Notes: a model not told the origin generated them from the letters alone. A stretch of 33,569 bases of DNA from Myxococcales bacterium (GCA_021783935.1 JAJXTK010000002.1:1-33569), one strand, 5' to 3'; positions 19,189 to 31,623 are shown, counted from the first letter of the stretch. Numbers and translations are program-made.

Positions 19189-19768
19189 GCCGCCACCTTC
19201 GAGCCGGGCTCTTCGTCCGTGGGGGCGACGGACCCGGTGGGCATCGGGGGCGTCGCGGGGAAGAGGCCCACCGCGGCGCCGAGATCGCGCCTTCGCGCGA
19301 GGACGATCGCGCCGACGATCGTGCCGAGCAGCAGCACCGAGAGGACCTCGAAGGCGAGGACGTGCTCGACGAGAAAGGCGCGACCGAGATCGGCCGTGGT
19401 CGGCGGCGCGGGCAGAAGCTCCTGCTCGAGCCCCTCGGTCTTGTCGACGGCCGCGGCGAGCGCGAGGAACAGCAGCGCCGAGACCGCCATCGCGCGCGAG
19501 GGGCGCATGGTCTCGGCCGGCACCTCGAGCCCCTCGTGCTTGCGGGTGATCATGACGCCGAAGATCATCAGCGTGATGACGCCCCCGACGTAGAGCAGCA
19601 CCTGCACGGACGCGAGAAACGATGCGTCCATGATCGCGTAGAGCACCGCGGTGCCGAGCAGCATCGCGCCGAGCCACAGCGCCGCGCGGACGAGGTTCTT
19701 GCTGCTGACCACCATGAGCCCGGTGGCGAGCATCACGGCGGCGATGGCGCCGAATGCGATCGACTTCA

Positions 19769-19772
<4 letters not shown>
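19185..19772 (-). CDS. nuoJ: Complex I subunit J
   Basis: The N-terminal TM region is typical of NuoJ ([20 protein letters not shown]). ATG 19772 follows AAGGAGG and overlaps the nuoI stop. Confidence 0.88.
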
Positions 19773-20658
<886 letters not shown>

Positions 20659-20659
<1 letters not shown>

Positions 20660-21648
20660 CAGCGCGCTCCTCCCGGCCAGAACTGCACGAACGCGGCCGC
20701 GACGAAGACCAGGCCGAGGCCGATCGGCGTGAGGCGCTTCCAGCAGAGCGCCATGAGCTGGTCGGACCGGAATCGCACGAGCGACCAGCGGACCCAGTAG
20801 ACGGACGCGAAGATCAGCAGCGTCTTGAGCACCATCCAGTGCAGGCCGGGCCTGAAGGGGCCGTCCCAGCCGCCGAAGAAGAGCGCCGAGGCGACCGCCG
20901 AGCCGACCATCGTGTGGACGTACTCGGCCATGTAGAAGAGCGTGAACTTCGCGCCCGTGTACTCGGTAGTGATGCCGGCCACGAGCTCGCTCTCGGCCTC
21001 CGGGATGTCGAACGGGATGCGGTTCGACTCGGCGAGCATCGCCAGGTAGTAGAGGAGGAAGGCCGGCAGGCCGGGGATGATCGGCCAGAGCGCGAACCAG
21101 TGGTGCTGCGCCTGCCAGCCGACGATCCCCGAGACGCTCAGCGAGCCCGCGAGCACCACCGGAACCATCGTCGCGAGCACCAGCGGCACGCCGTAGCTCA
21201 CCGACTGTGCGACCGCGCGCATCGCACCGATCAGCGCGAACTTGTTGTTGCTCGCCCAGCCCGCCATGAAGGTGGGGACGACCATCAGGCCGCCGATCGC
21301 GAGCACGAAGACGACGCCGACGTCGAGATCCGCGGCGATGATCTTCGGCGACCAAGGGACCACCGCGGCGGCGCCGAGCGAGGCGATCGCGGCCAGCGGC
21401 GGCGCGAGATCGAACAGGCCGCGATCGGCGTCGCGCGGGACGATGTCCTCCTTTTGCAGGAGCTTCACGACGTCTGCGAACGGCTGCAGCAAGCCGACCG
21501 GGCCGGTCATCGTCGGGCCGAGGCGAGACTGCATGCGGCCGGCGAACTTGCGCTCGAACCAGATCGCGACGGCGATGCCGGTCAGGATGACGACGCAGAT
21601 GATGGTGCCGTAGACGGCGCCGTGGATGATCGCGCTGGTCGCGTTCAT
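20659..21648 (-). CDS. nuoH: Complex I subunit H
   Basis: WFERKFAGRMQSRLGP...GLLQPFADVVKLL and ESNRIPFDIPEAESELV motifs. Its ATG overlaps the nuoD stop (ATGA), and its stop shares 1 nt with the nuoI ATG. Confidence 0.93.
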
Positions 21649-22892
21649 CGGTCGACCTCTCCCATGATCGGATCGAGCGAGCCGAGGATCGCGACCGCGT
21701 CGCTCACGGTGGCGCCCGGCATGATGTACGGGATCGCCGCGAGCGCGTGGAGGCTCGGCGACCGGATCTTCAAGCGATGAGGGCTCGTCGGCGTGTCGCC
21801 GCCGGCCACGACGAAGGTGCCGAGCTCGCCGCGCGGCGTCTCGATGCCGACGTAGACCTGCCCCGACGTGGCCTTCGCCATGGTGGGCTGGCGGATCGGC
21901 TTGTAGCCGTTGATCGGCCCCTCGGGCATGCCGTCGATCGCCTTGCGGCAGAGGGCGATGCTGTCGGTCACCTCGTCGAAGCGCACCCGCGTGCGCGCGT
22001 AGCAGTCGCCCGCCGTCTCGACGCGGACGCGCGGGACGAGCTCGTCATAGGCGCTGTATGGGGCGTCGCGACGCAGGTCGTGGTCGACGCCGCTCGCGCG
22101 GAGGATCGGCCCCGTGATGCCGAGCTCGAGGGCGAGCTTGCCGTCGAGGACGCCGACGCCGACGGTGCGGTCCTTGAAGATCGCGTTGTCGACCGTCATC
22201 TTCGCGTACTCCGGGATGCGCGACTCGATGATGTCGAGCGCCGCGTGGACCTTCTTGTCGAAGCCCGCCGGCAGATCGTGACGCTGGCCGCCGATCGTGT
22301 GCGTGTTGTAGTGGAAGCGCATTCCGGTGACCTCTTCGAAGAGGTCGAGGATCAGCTCCCGCTCGCGGAAGGTGTGGATGAAGAGCGTCGAGCCGCCGCC
22401 GAGCGCGCCGCCCAGGTCGATGCTGAAGGTGCCGAGCGCCAACAGGTGCGAGGCGATGCGCTGCAGCTCCGCGAACAGCGTTCGCATCCAGCGCGCGCGG
22501 CGCGGGACCTCAACGTTGAGCAGCTTCTCGAACGCCATGTTCAAGGCCTGCTCGTTGGTCATCGGCGCGACGTAGTCGTTCTTGTCGACGATGGGCGTCT
22601 GCTGCACGTACGAGAGCTTCTCGCAGAGCTTCTCGACGGCGCGGTGCAGGTAGCCCACGTAGGGCGTCGCCTTGACGACGATCTCGCCGTCGAGGTGGAG
22701 GTCCATGCGAAAGACGCCGTGCGTGGACGGGTGCTGCGGCCCGAAGTGCAGCAGCATCATGTCCGCCTCGGGGTCGTAGTGCCGAATCGACAGGTGCGGA
22801 TCGACGTTGCCCCGCACCGCGCTCTGGTACTGCACCGTCACCACTTGGGGCTCGTTCATGGTCATCACCGCACGCTCGACGCGCGCGCTCAT
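21645..22892 (-). CDS. nuoD: Complex I subunit D (49 kDa)
   Basis: FGPQHPSTHGVFR, GYLHRAVEKL and a C-terminal RIRSPS...DPIMGEVDR-type ending. ATG 22892 forms an ATGA overlap with the nuoBC stop, like the other junctions. ATG 22898 (two codons longer) is equally possible. Confidence 0.9.
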   Translation of the reverse strand: MSARVERAVMTMNEPQVVTVQYQSAVRGNVDPHLSIRHYDPEADMMLLHFGPQHPSTHGVFRMDLHLDGEIVVKATPYVGYLHRAVEKLCEKLSYVQQTPIVDKNDYVAPMTNEQALNMAFEKLLNVEVPRRARWMRTLFAELQRIASHLLALGTFSIDLGGALGGGSTLFIHTFRERELILDLFEEVTGMRFHYNTHTIGGQRHDLPAGFDKKVHAALDIIESRIPEYAKMTVDNAIFKDRTVGVGVLDGKLALELGITGPILRASGVDHDLRRDAPYSAYDELVPRVRVETAGDCYARTRVRFDEVTDSIALCRKAIDGMPEGPINGYKPIRQPTMAKATSGQVYVGIETPRGELGTFVVAGGDTPTSPHRLKIRSPSLHALAAIPYIMPGATVSDAVAILGSLDPIMGEVDR

Positions 22893-24115
22893 CTCCATGG
22901 GGGGCACGCCTTGTCGGCGGGGTAGTCCTTGCGAAGCGGGTGCCCGTCCCAGTTCTCGGGCATCATGATCCGCCGCAGATCGGGGTGACCGGCGAAGCGG
23001 ACTCCCACGAGATCCCACTGCTCTCGCTCCTGCCAGTCGGCCCCCGCGTAGACGCCGACGAGCGAGGGGGCCGCCTCCCCTGGCGCGAGCTTCAGGCGCC
23101 AGGAGGCGACCTTCGAGCCCTTGCCCACCGAGCGGACGGCGTACGCGAGCTCGAAGCGCTCGGGCGCCGGGGCCTTGCCCGTCTTCTCGGGGAAGTGGGT
23201 CGCGACGACGTACGTGAAGATCTCGTAGCCCATGCCGCGCAGCCGACGCGCGAGCGCGACGTGGCGCTCGACGGCAACGACCGGCGCGCCGTCCTTGGGC
23301 GCCGTCTCGGCGACGCCGAACTCGTCGCGCAGGAGCGCCTCGAGGTCGCTCGGCTGCGACGAGGCGATCGGCTCCGGCGGCTCGGCGCTCGCGCGCTCCT
23401 CGCCCGCGGCCGGCTCGTCGCTGCGATCGGTGTCGGTCGCGTGCAGCGCCGACTCGACCTGCTGCTCGTCGATCGCAGGATCGCGGGCGGGGTCGAGGAA
23501 GCGCGCGACCGAGGGCTTGGTGACCTGCAGGCGATCGGGGCGATCGTCGCGCGGAGGGAGCTTGCCGGCGCGGCGCAGGGCGACCTTCTCCTTGAGGCGG
23601 AGCAGGCCGTGCATCAGCGCCTCGGGGTTGGGCGGGCAGCCCGGGACGTAGACGTCGACCGGGAGGACCGTGTCGATGCCGGGGACCACCGCGTAGAGGT
23701 TGCGGTAGAAGTCGCCCGAGATCGCGCACGAGCCCATGGCGATGGCCCACTTCGGCTCGGGCATCTGGTCCCAGAGCGCCTTCACGCGCGGCGCCATCTT
23801 CACCGTGATGGTGCCCGCGATGACCATGACCTCCGCCTGGCGCGGCGTGGCGCGCACGATGGTGCCCATGCGGTCGAGGTCGACGCGGCTCGCGGCGGCG
23901 GCCATCAGCTCGATGCCGCAGCAGCTCGTGGCCATCGGGAAGACCCAGAGGCTGTTCATCACGCCCCAGTTCAGGATCGCGTCGATCGACGTGACGCCGA
24001 CGGAGAGGCCGGGCACCGAGAGCATCGCCCCGTAGAGCGGGTGCTCGTAGGTGAGCTCGCTCTCGTCGTAGACGGGCAGTCGTTTGTGCCCGTCGCCGCT
24101 ACCGTTCACTGCCAT
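22889..24115 (-). CDS. nuoBC: Fused complex I subunits B (20 kDa, N2 cluster) and C (30 kDa) in one reading frame
   Basis: The NuoB part contains SLWVFPMATSCCGIE, GSCAISGDFY and VPGCPP. A ~80 aa acidic/Pro-rich linker follows. The NuoC part contains WQEREQWDLVGVRFAGHPDLRRIMMPENWDGHPLRKDY. No stop codon lies between the two parts. Confidence 0.85.
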   Translation of the reverse strand: MAVNGSGDGHKRLPVYDESELTYEHPLYGAMLSVPGLSVGVTSIDAILNWGVMNSLWVFPMATSCCGIELMAAAASRVDLDRMGTIVRATPRQAEVMVIAGTITVKMAPRVKALWDQMPEPKWAIAMGSCAISGDFYRNLYAVVPGIDTVLPVDVYVPGCPPNPEALMHGLLRLKEKVALRRAGKLPPRDDRPDRLQVTKPSVARFLDPARDPAIDEQQVESALHATDTDRSDEPAAGEERASAEPPEPIASSQPSDLEALLRDEFGVAETAPKDGAPVVAVERHVALARRLRGMGYEIFTYVVATHFPEKTGKAPAPERFELAYAVRSVGKGSKVASWRLKLAPGEAAPSLVGVYAGADWQEREQWDLVGVRFAGHPDLRRIMMPENWDGHPLRKDYPADKACPPWR

Positions 24116-24468
24116 TGCAGTGCCTCCTTCCGCAGCGCGTACAGCCAGCCGAGCATCAGCACCACCACGAAAAGAACGGCCGCGATGAACGCGGCCGCAC
24201 CGAGCTCGCGGAGGACGACGGCCCAGGGGAAGAGGAACACCGCCTCCACGTCGAAGAGCACGAAGAAGATCGCGACGACGTAGTAGCGAGCGTGGAACTG
24301 CATCCACGCGAGCCCGGCGGGCTCTTCGCCGCACTCGTAGGTGCGGTGCTTCAACGGTGAATCGCTCTTCGATCGAACACGGATGACGCGCGCGGCGGCG
24401 AGCAACCCGAAACCGATGAGCGTGGAGACTGCGAGGAACGCGAATGCGGAGAGCCAAGCGGAGTGCAT
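24106..24468 (-). CDS. nuoA: Complex I subunit A
   Basis: 120 aa protein with YECGEEP and FDVEAVFLFPWAV motifs. It overlaps the nuoBC start by 10 nt. Confidence 0.9.
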   Translation of the reverse strand: MHSAWLSAFAFLAVSTLIGFGLLAAARVIRVRSKSDSPLKHRTYECGEEPAGLAWMQFHARYYVVAIFFVLFDVEAVFLFPWAVVLRELGAAAFIAAVLFVVVLMLGWLYALRKEALQWQ

Positions 24469-24737
24469 CGATGCACCTGCAAAAGTTCGATCTTTCGAGC
24501 ACGACCGAGCACGAAGAGCCCGCGCGCGTGGTGGGACCGAACGCGCCCGCGGTACGCACGTTCCACGCCAGCAGCAAGGGGGCCGATTTGGGCGGCGCGA
24601 CGAGCCGAAGGGGATCTACCAACGCAGATCCTGCGCCCGTTTGCAGGCGGTTCGCATAGCTCGCGGCCCGTCTCGAGACCCTTCGGGCTCACGTCGCCCG
24701 CGAGGCGTGCGCGCCGCCGAACGCACAAAACGAGCGC

Positions 24738-24765
24738 GGCGCGAGGACCCTTCGATCCCCGCGCC
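24738..24765 (-). terminator. Hairpin plus U-tract after the ferredoxin gene (possible terminator or attenuator ahead of nuoA)
   Basis: On the minus strand, GGCGCGGGGAUC-GAAG-GGUCCUCGCGCC forms a 12-bp stem with two wobble pairs, followed by GCUCGUUUUGU. It starts ~20 nt after the ferredoxin stop. Confidence 0.4.
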
Positions 24766-24784
24766 GTTCGTGAAGAGCCAGAAA

Positions 24785-25420
<636 letters not shown>

Positions 25421-25474
25421 ACTTCCGTGGACTGCATTGTGCCGATCGAAGCTCCGAGGCTCCGGGTCGCCGAA

Positions 25475-26278
25475 TCAGGGCGCGAGGTCGAAGCCGGCGC
25501 CGACCGCGATCGTGGCCCAGACGCCGCGATGCCAGACGAACCCCACGTTCTGGGTGAAGTCGAAGACGCCGATGTGGAGGACGTCCTGGAGCTGCGCGCC
25601 GCCGCCGTGCGAGACCGGGTCGTAGGCGCCGAGGATGTCGAAATCGAGGCCGAACGACCCCCCGAGCAGGTGGCGCAACCAGCGCAGCTGCACCCCGCCG
25701 AGCGCCGCGTACCAGCCGTCGATGCGCCCGTCGCCGAAGACGAAGACGTCCTTGAAGCCGCCGACCAGCGCGACGTCCCACCGACCGAAGACGCACTCGT
25801 ACGTCTTCTTGGTCGACCCCTTGGGCGTCATCGCCGACCAGCTGTTGCCGTAGCCGTAGAAGTCCCAGCCGACGAGCGCGTCGGTCATGACGCTGGCGCC
25901 GTCGATGCGCGGCGTCGTGAGCGCGAACGCCTGCGCGGAGAGCCAGATGGGGCGCAGGGCGCGGACGTCGGCGCGGGCGAAGGCGACGAAGCCGAGCGAC
26001 GCAGGGGTGCCCTCGCTCGTGTGACCGAGATAGGCGCCCACGCCGGATGGCGGCCCGAGCCCGCCGTGAACACCGATCGCCCCGTCGAGGCGCGCGACCG
26101 AGGAGCGCGGGATCATCGCCTCGCGCTCGGCCGCGAGCGACGGCGAGGTCGACTGGTTCTCCGCGAGGCACGCCCCCTCGTCCGCGGGCGTCCAAGCCCC
26201 CTTGTGCGACGTCACGATGGAGGCGGACGCCGAGGGCGCGACCGTGATCAGGGCGAGCACCGAGACGGCGCGAGACAT
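25475..26278 (-). CDS. Secreted hypothetical protein (267 aa), possibly beta-rich
   Basis: The signal peptide MSRAVSVLALITVAPSASA is followed by Gly/aromatic-rich alternating segments (GWDFYGYGNSW, GFVWHRGVWATIAVGAGF). I recognise no family. Confidence 0.6.
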   Translation of the reverse strand: MSRAVSVLALITVAPSASASIVTSHKGAWTPADEGACLAENQSTSPSLAAEREAMIPRSSVARLDGAIGVHGGLGPPSGVGAYLGHTSEGTPASLGFVAFARADVRALRPIWLSAQAFALTTPRIDGASVMTDALVGWDFYGYGNSWSAMTPKGSTKKTYECVFGRWDVALVGGFKDVFVFGDGRIDGWYAALGGVQLRWLRHLLGGSFGLDFDILGAYDPVSHGGGAQLQDVLHIGVFDFTQNVGFVWHRGVWATIAVGAGFDLAP

Positions 26279-26485
26279 CGCCGGAAGACCGTTTCACGCC
26301 GCCTGTTCGATGCCAAGCGACGAGGACTGCGAGGTCGGGGAGGCGGGATATGAAACCCCCGATCACGGGGAGCGAGAGTTCACGCGCGACAACGTGATTT
26401 CTCGGGAGATTCGCATTCCGCGGCGGTCGTGACGCAACGTGAGGAGACGCGTCATTACGGGGCGTCTGGTAACTGGGAGGAAACA

Positions 26486-26523
26486 GAACATACTTATGTT
26501 ATGTTCGTAAATCGCGATGTTCG
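26486..26523. promoter_or_regulatory. Operator-like repeat cluster upstream of the toxin-antitoxin pair
   Basis: The inverted repeat GAACATA (26486-26492) / TATGTTC (26500-26506) and a further direct ATGTTCG copy at 26517-26523 sit in a locally AT-rich patch ~115-150 nt upstream of the 26637 ATG. Confidence 0.4.
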
Positions 26524-26636
26524 GCGAGAATGGAGCGTGGTGTCGCCTGCCGTTGCGACACGTCGCGTCGTGGTCCGTCGAAGACCGTCCGTCGAGGCCG
26601 TGGCGTGCCTCGATTCCGCGCCGTAGGCTGGCAGCG

Positions 26637-26831
26637 ATGGCATCGCATCCGGCGCCGAAGCCAAGCTCGCCGACGGCGGTCGCGTCGTCGCGGCCGCGCT
26701 TCGCGTACCCGGAGCCGCTCACGGCGGAGGAGCTCGCCGAGATGGACGAGGTGCTCGACGTGGACGGCGAGGCGTTTCTGCGGTGGCTCGCGGGCGAGGG
26801 GCCGGATCCGTGGGGCGGCTCCTCCGCGTAG
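26637..26831 (+). CDS. Small acidic protein; putative antitoxin partner, from position
   Basis: 64 aa ORF whose 3' end overlaps the RelE/ParE-like gene. The C-terminal half is acidic (LTAEELAEMDEVLDVDGEAF). No family is recognised. Confidence 0.45.
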   Translation: MASHPAPKPSSPTAVASSRPRFAYPEPLTAEELAEMDEVLDVDGEAFLRWLAGEGPDPWGGSSA

Positions 26832-27094
26832 CGCCGAGGTTTCACGCGGGCATTCGGCGGCTCGGAGCGCACTCGGGCAGCGCGAGCGGCCGGGCCGTGG
26901 CCGGCGCGCTCGCCTCGATGCTGCAGAGCGAGTTGCCGGGGCCGCTCGACTTCGAGGCCGTCATCCCTCCGACGCGTCGCGCGTGGGTTCGTCGCGTTCC
27001 GCGCGCGAACTTCTGGGTCTTCTACGCGTTCGACGATGTCGGGGTGCACGTGCTCGCGATCGTCGACCAGCCGCCGGTGCCGATCGAGCTGTAG
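26810..27094 (+). CDS. RelE/ParE-superfamily toxin
   Basis: The C-terminal RRVPRANFWVFYAFDDVGVHVLAIVDQ matches the RelE/ParE core pattern (compare RelE ...GYRLVYQVIDEKVVVFVISVG). The GTG 26810 start gives 94 aa. GTG 26783 (103 aa) is the alternative. Confidence 0.65.
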   Translation: MGRLLRVAPRFHAGIRRLGAHSGSASGRAVAGALASMLQSELPGPLDFEAVIPPTRRAWVRRVPRANFWVFYAFDDVGVHVLAIVDQPPVPIEL

Positions 27095-27110
27095 GGACGC
27101 GCAGCGGGGC

Positions 27111-27380
27111 TCACCCGCGCTTTGGCGAGCGCTTCGGTGCGGGCCGAGCAACGCGCGCCGCCTCAGCCGCGTCGCTCACCAGCGTGAGCGGCGGAACGTC
27201 GAGAACGACCGCGAGCCGCTGGAGCGCATCGAGCGTCGCCGAGCTCTCGGCCGACAGCAGGCGCCACAGATAGGACCGCGCGATCCCCGCCCGATCGGCG
27301 ACGTGGCTCAACGGGATCTCGCGCTCCGCCGCAATCTCGCGCAGCCGGCGAGCGAGCACATTCTCGAGCCTGCGAGCCAC
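27111..27380 (-). CDS. XRE-family helix-turn-helix transcriptional regulator
   Basis: LRELAAEREIPLSHVADRAGIARSYLWRLLS...TLDALQRLAVVLDV is a typical Cro/C1 HTH. It is divergent from the kinase gene. Confidence 0.75.
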   Translation of the reverse strand: MARRLENVLARRLREIAAEREIPLSHVADRAGIARSYLWRLLSAESSATLDALQRLAVVLDVPPLTLVSDAAEAARVARPAPKRSPKRG

Positions 27381-27545
27381 GGAACGAGCGTCCGCGCTGT
27401 AGAGGCTCGACGGTTTCCTATATATCGGAACTCACGCACGCTCGCGCATCAAGACGCGACGCCAGGCACGCTCTCGGGGAGGCCGGTGACGCCGATCGCC
27501 CTCTTTCGCTCGACGCGCCATCGCACGGCGTTAGCATTCGCGATC

Positions 27546-28968
<1,423 letters not shown>

Positions 28969-28985
<17 letters not shown>

Positions 28986-30000
28986 CTCGGGCCGCTGGAT
29001 GGCCCTCTGCAGCGCCGTCGTCGCGGCCTCGCTCATAGGCTCCGTCATCCCTCGCGCGCTCGCCGAGCCTTCGCCGCAGGACAAGTCGACCGCGCGCGAC
29101 GCCGTGCTTGCGGGCCGACAGCTTCGCGCGAAGAAGGACTTCAAGGGCGCGCTGGAGCAGTTCAAGGTCGCCTACGCGCTCGTTCCGTCACCGATCACCG
29201 CGTACGAGGTCGGTCGCGCGTACGTCGACGCGGGCCTGCTCGTCGAGGGCTACGAGAAGCTCGTCGATGCCGCGACGATGCCCCCGAAGCCAGGCGAGTC
29301 GCCCGAAGCCAAGAAGGCTCGCGGCGAGGCGAAGCAGCTCGCCGACGCGGCCGAGCCGCGCATCCCATCGATCGCGGTGAAGCGCGACAACCTGCCGTCG
29401 AACGGCGCCGCCGTCACCGTCTCCGTCGACGGCCGCGCGGTGCCCGTCGACGCGCTCGCCGCGCCCCTCAAGGTGAACCCCGGCGCGCACGAGATCGTTG
29501 CGACCGTCGAAGGCGCGCCGCCGAAGCGCGCGAACGTCACCGTCGACGAGGGCGATGCCAAGTCCGTCACGGTACGCTTGCCCGACGCGCCGAAGCTGGC
29601 CGCGACGAACGACCGACCGAAGCGCGATCGCGGCGGCGACGCGCCGCGCGTCGAGCCGGTAGCGGGCACCAGCACGTGGACGTACGTCGGCTTCACCCTG
29701 GCGGGGGTTGGGCTCGTCGTCGGCGGCGTGACGGGCGTGCTTGCGCTCTCGAAGGCGTCGACGCTGAACGGCGAGGGGTGCACCGCCGATCACCGTTGCC
29801 CCTCGGCCGCGAGCGGCGACATCAGCTCGTACAACGCGCTTCGGTACACGTCGTTCGCGTCGCTCGCGGTTGCGGTCGTCGGCGTCGGCATCGGCGTCGG
29901 CAGCCTCGTGCTCGGCGGCGCAAAGGAGCAGCCGAAGCAAGGCGTCACGGTGACGCCGTGGATCGGCCTCGGATCGATCGGCGTGCAGGGGGTGTTCTGA
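28969..30000 (+). CDS. Exported protein with a helical-repeat-like N-terminus, a PEGA-like beta segment and two C-terminal TM helices
   Basis: It has a signal peptide (...ALCSAVVAASLIGSVIPRALA|EP), the segment VTVSVDGRAVPVD...PGAHEIVATVEG, and TM helices WTYVGFTLAGVGLVVGGVTGVLAL and SLAVAVVGVGIGVGSLVLGG. It overlaps the kinase stop by 17 nt. ATG 28999 is an alternative start. Confidence 0.65.
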
Positions 30001-30683
30001 TGAAGACCTCTCGGTTCATCGCGGCGGCTGCCATCGTTGGCGCCTTCGCGTGCACGAGCTACTCGGTGGACGCGTCGCTCGACGAGACGGGAGGCGGCGA
30101 CGACGGCAGTGCCTGCAACATCCAGTGCACGACGTATCCGTTCGCCGGCTGTTGTGAGGGATACAACTGCGTGTCGCTATCGTCGTCGGGCGCCGCGAAC
30201 CTCAGTTGCGTTCGCCCGACCGGGTCGGTACCACTGAACGGTCGGTGCACGAACACGCTGGACTGTGTGCCAGGATTTGAGTGTGCGAAGCCATCTTCGT
30301 CCGGCGTCGGGCTGTGTCTTCCGTATGCGTCGAGCGATCCGGCGAGCTGTGATGGCACTCTGACAGGGGGGACAGGGGGCGTTCCGCCGGCGTGCGAGGC
30401 ACCCTGCGCCCCATGGGACATGAGCAGCTGCGGGACGCTCGGTGCGGGGTGCTACTTCCTGTCAGCGACGAAGACGGTCTGCGCAGCTGCCGGGACAGGC
30501 CAAGGCGCCTCGGCGTGTCCCAACAACCACCCGTACGAGTGCGCCGCGGGATACGGGTGCAACAACGGCGACTGCCGCAAGATGTGCAGGAACGACGCTG
30601 ACTGCGCGTCGGGCAAGACGTGCCAGCAGTACCCGGCTGGGCCGAACTACAACGGCACGCCCGTCGGGTTCTGCTTGCTCTAG
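30000..30683 (+). CDS. Cysteine-rich lipoprotein (227 aa, 25 Cys)
   Basis: The lipobox is AIVGAFA|C. The mature part holds 24 Cys with recurring CxxGxxC units (CEGYNC, CVPGFEC, CAAGYGC, CASGKTC). Its ATG shares 1 nt with the upstream TGA. Confidence 0.7.
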   Translation: MKTSRFIAAAAIVGAFACTSYSVDASLDETGGGDDGSACNIQCTTYPFAGCCEGYNCVSLSSSGAANLSCVRPTGSVPLNGRCTNTLDCVPGFECAKPSSSGVGLCLPYASSDPASCDGTLTGGTGGVPPACEAPCAPWDMSSCGTLGAGCYFLSATKTVCAAAGTGQGASACPNNHPYECAAGYGCNNGDCRKMCRNDADCASGKTCQQYPAGPNYNGTPVGFCLL

Positions 30684-31423
30684 CGCGGGTACGGCGGGCG
30701 GCGCGCCGACGACGACAGCTCGGCGTGCACCGTGGAGGCCGATGCCCTTAGGCACGCCGACATGCGAGGGAGGCTAGGGTTGCTGGTTTGGAAGTAGTCC
30801 GCCAGCGAGTTCAGGATGGAGGCGCGAGTGGACGGATCCGACGACAACGCCCTCGACAAGTTCGCGTCCACGACGGCGCGTTGGTAGGGGGTCAGGGCCC
30901 GGTAGTCGTCCAGACACGCTCCACCGAAGAAGTTGCTCTCGATCCCTGCGGATAACGCCGACAGCGACAACGCCTGCGCGACGCCGCCCGATCCGCCGAG
31001 TTGAGCGATGGTGAACGTCCCCTGTTCCTCGTTGGACAACGCGTTGAAGGTCTCCTGCGGCCAGTAGAGACCGACGCTCGCGCACCACGCCTGGAAGCAT
31101 CCGGCGAGCTCGGGGTAGTACGGTTTCAGGAACGCGTACGCGCGCGCCGCCTCTTGCATGGCGCGGCTCGTCACGAATGTGTCCATGAGCGCCGGGGCCG
31201 GGGCCGCTCCCGCCCCCCCCGGCTCGAATGGGCCGAGCGCAACGTGGATCAGCGAGGCGATGTTCGCGATCCGAGCCTGCGCATAGGCCGCGATCCACTC
31301 GGGCGCCCTCGCGATCTCTTGTGCGCACGGGAACGCCGGGTGCACAGGGATGCGGGGACGCTGCACCGCAGGTCGCGGCGACGACGGATGCCACCGCAGC
31401 GGCGACTGAAACATGTTGGACAT
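30680..31423 (-). CDS. Hypothetical protein (247 aa)
   Basis: ATG follows AGAGGAA. GC3-biased. No motif recognised. Its stop overlaps the convergent lipoprotein stop (CTAG at 30680-30683). Confidence 0.55.
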   Translation of the reverse strand: MSNMFQSPLRWHPSSPRPAVQRPRIPVHPAFPCAQEIARAPEWIAAYAQARIANIASLIHVALGPFEPGGAGAAPAPALMDTFVTSRAMQEAARAYAFLKPYYPELAGCFQAWCASVGLYWPQETFNALSNEEQGTFTIAQLGGSGGVAQALSLSALSAGIESNFFGGACLDDYRALTPYQRAVVDANLSRALSSDPSTRASILNSLADYFQTSNPSLPRMSACLRASASTVHAELSSSARRPPYPR

Positions 31424-31504
31424 GGGGTTCCTCTTCTCGGTGATCCCTGGGTCGCTGCTGCGCCGCTACTTCGCGGGCGTCTGACCGTTCCGCGCGCGCC
31501 TCTC

Positions 31505-31573
31505 GAGTAGGCGCCCCCCGTTGCCAGGGGGCGCCTCTCACGGAACCGTACGAGTGCTGTTCACATACGGCTC
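31505..31573 (-). ncRNA. Group II intron domains V and VI
   Basis: Domain V is GAGCCGUAUGUGAACAGCACUCGUACGGUUC (31573-31543), matching the conserved GAGCCGUAU...ACGUACGGUUC consensus. Domain VI is GAGAGGCGCCCCC-UGGCAACG-GGGGGCGCCU[A]CUC (31539-31505), with a bulged A (opposite T31508) as the branch point. Confidence 0.8.
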
Positions 31574-31623
31574 TTCGGGACGGCGGGTTGCGACCCCCGC
31601 CGCCGGCTGGTTCGCAGCCTCGG

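Noticed and set aside
26363-27151. A 262-aa minus-strand ORF covering the toxin-antitoxin region.
   Set aside because: It has no motifs and is antisense to the recognisable RelE/ParE core. Its 5' part runs through the AT-rich non-coding patch.
30680-30683. Convergent genes sharing the 4-nt CTAG (TAG on + and TAG on -).
   Set aside because: It is real but probably trivial. The last ~30 residues of the minus-strand ORF look like low-information read-through, so the overlap carries little meaning.
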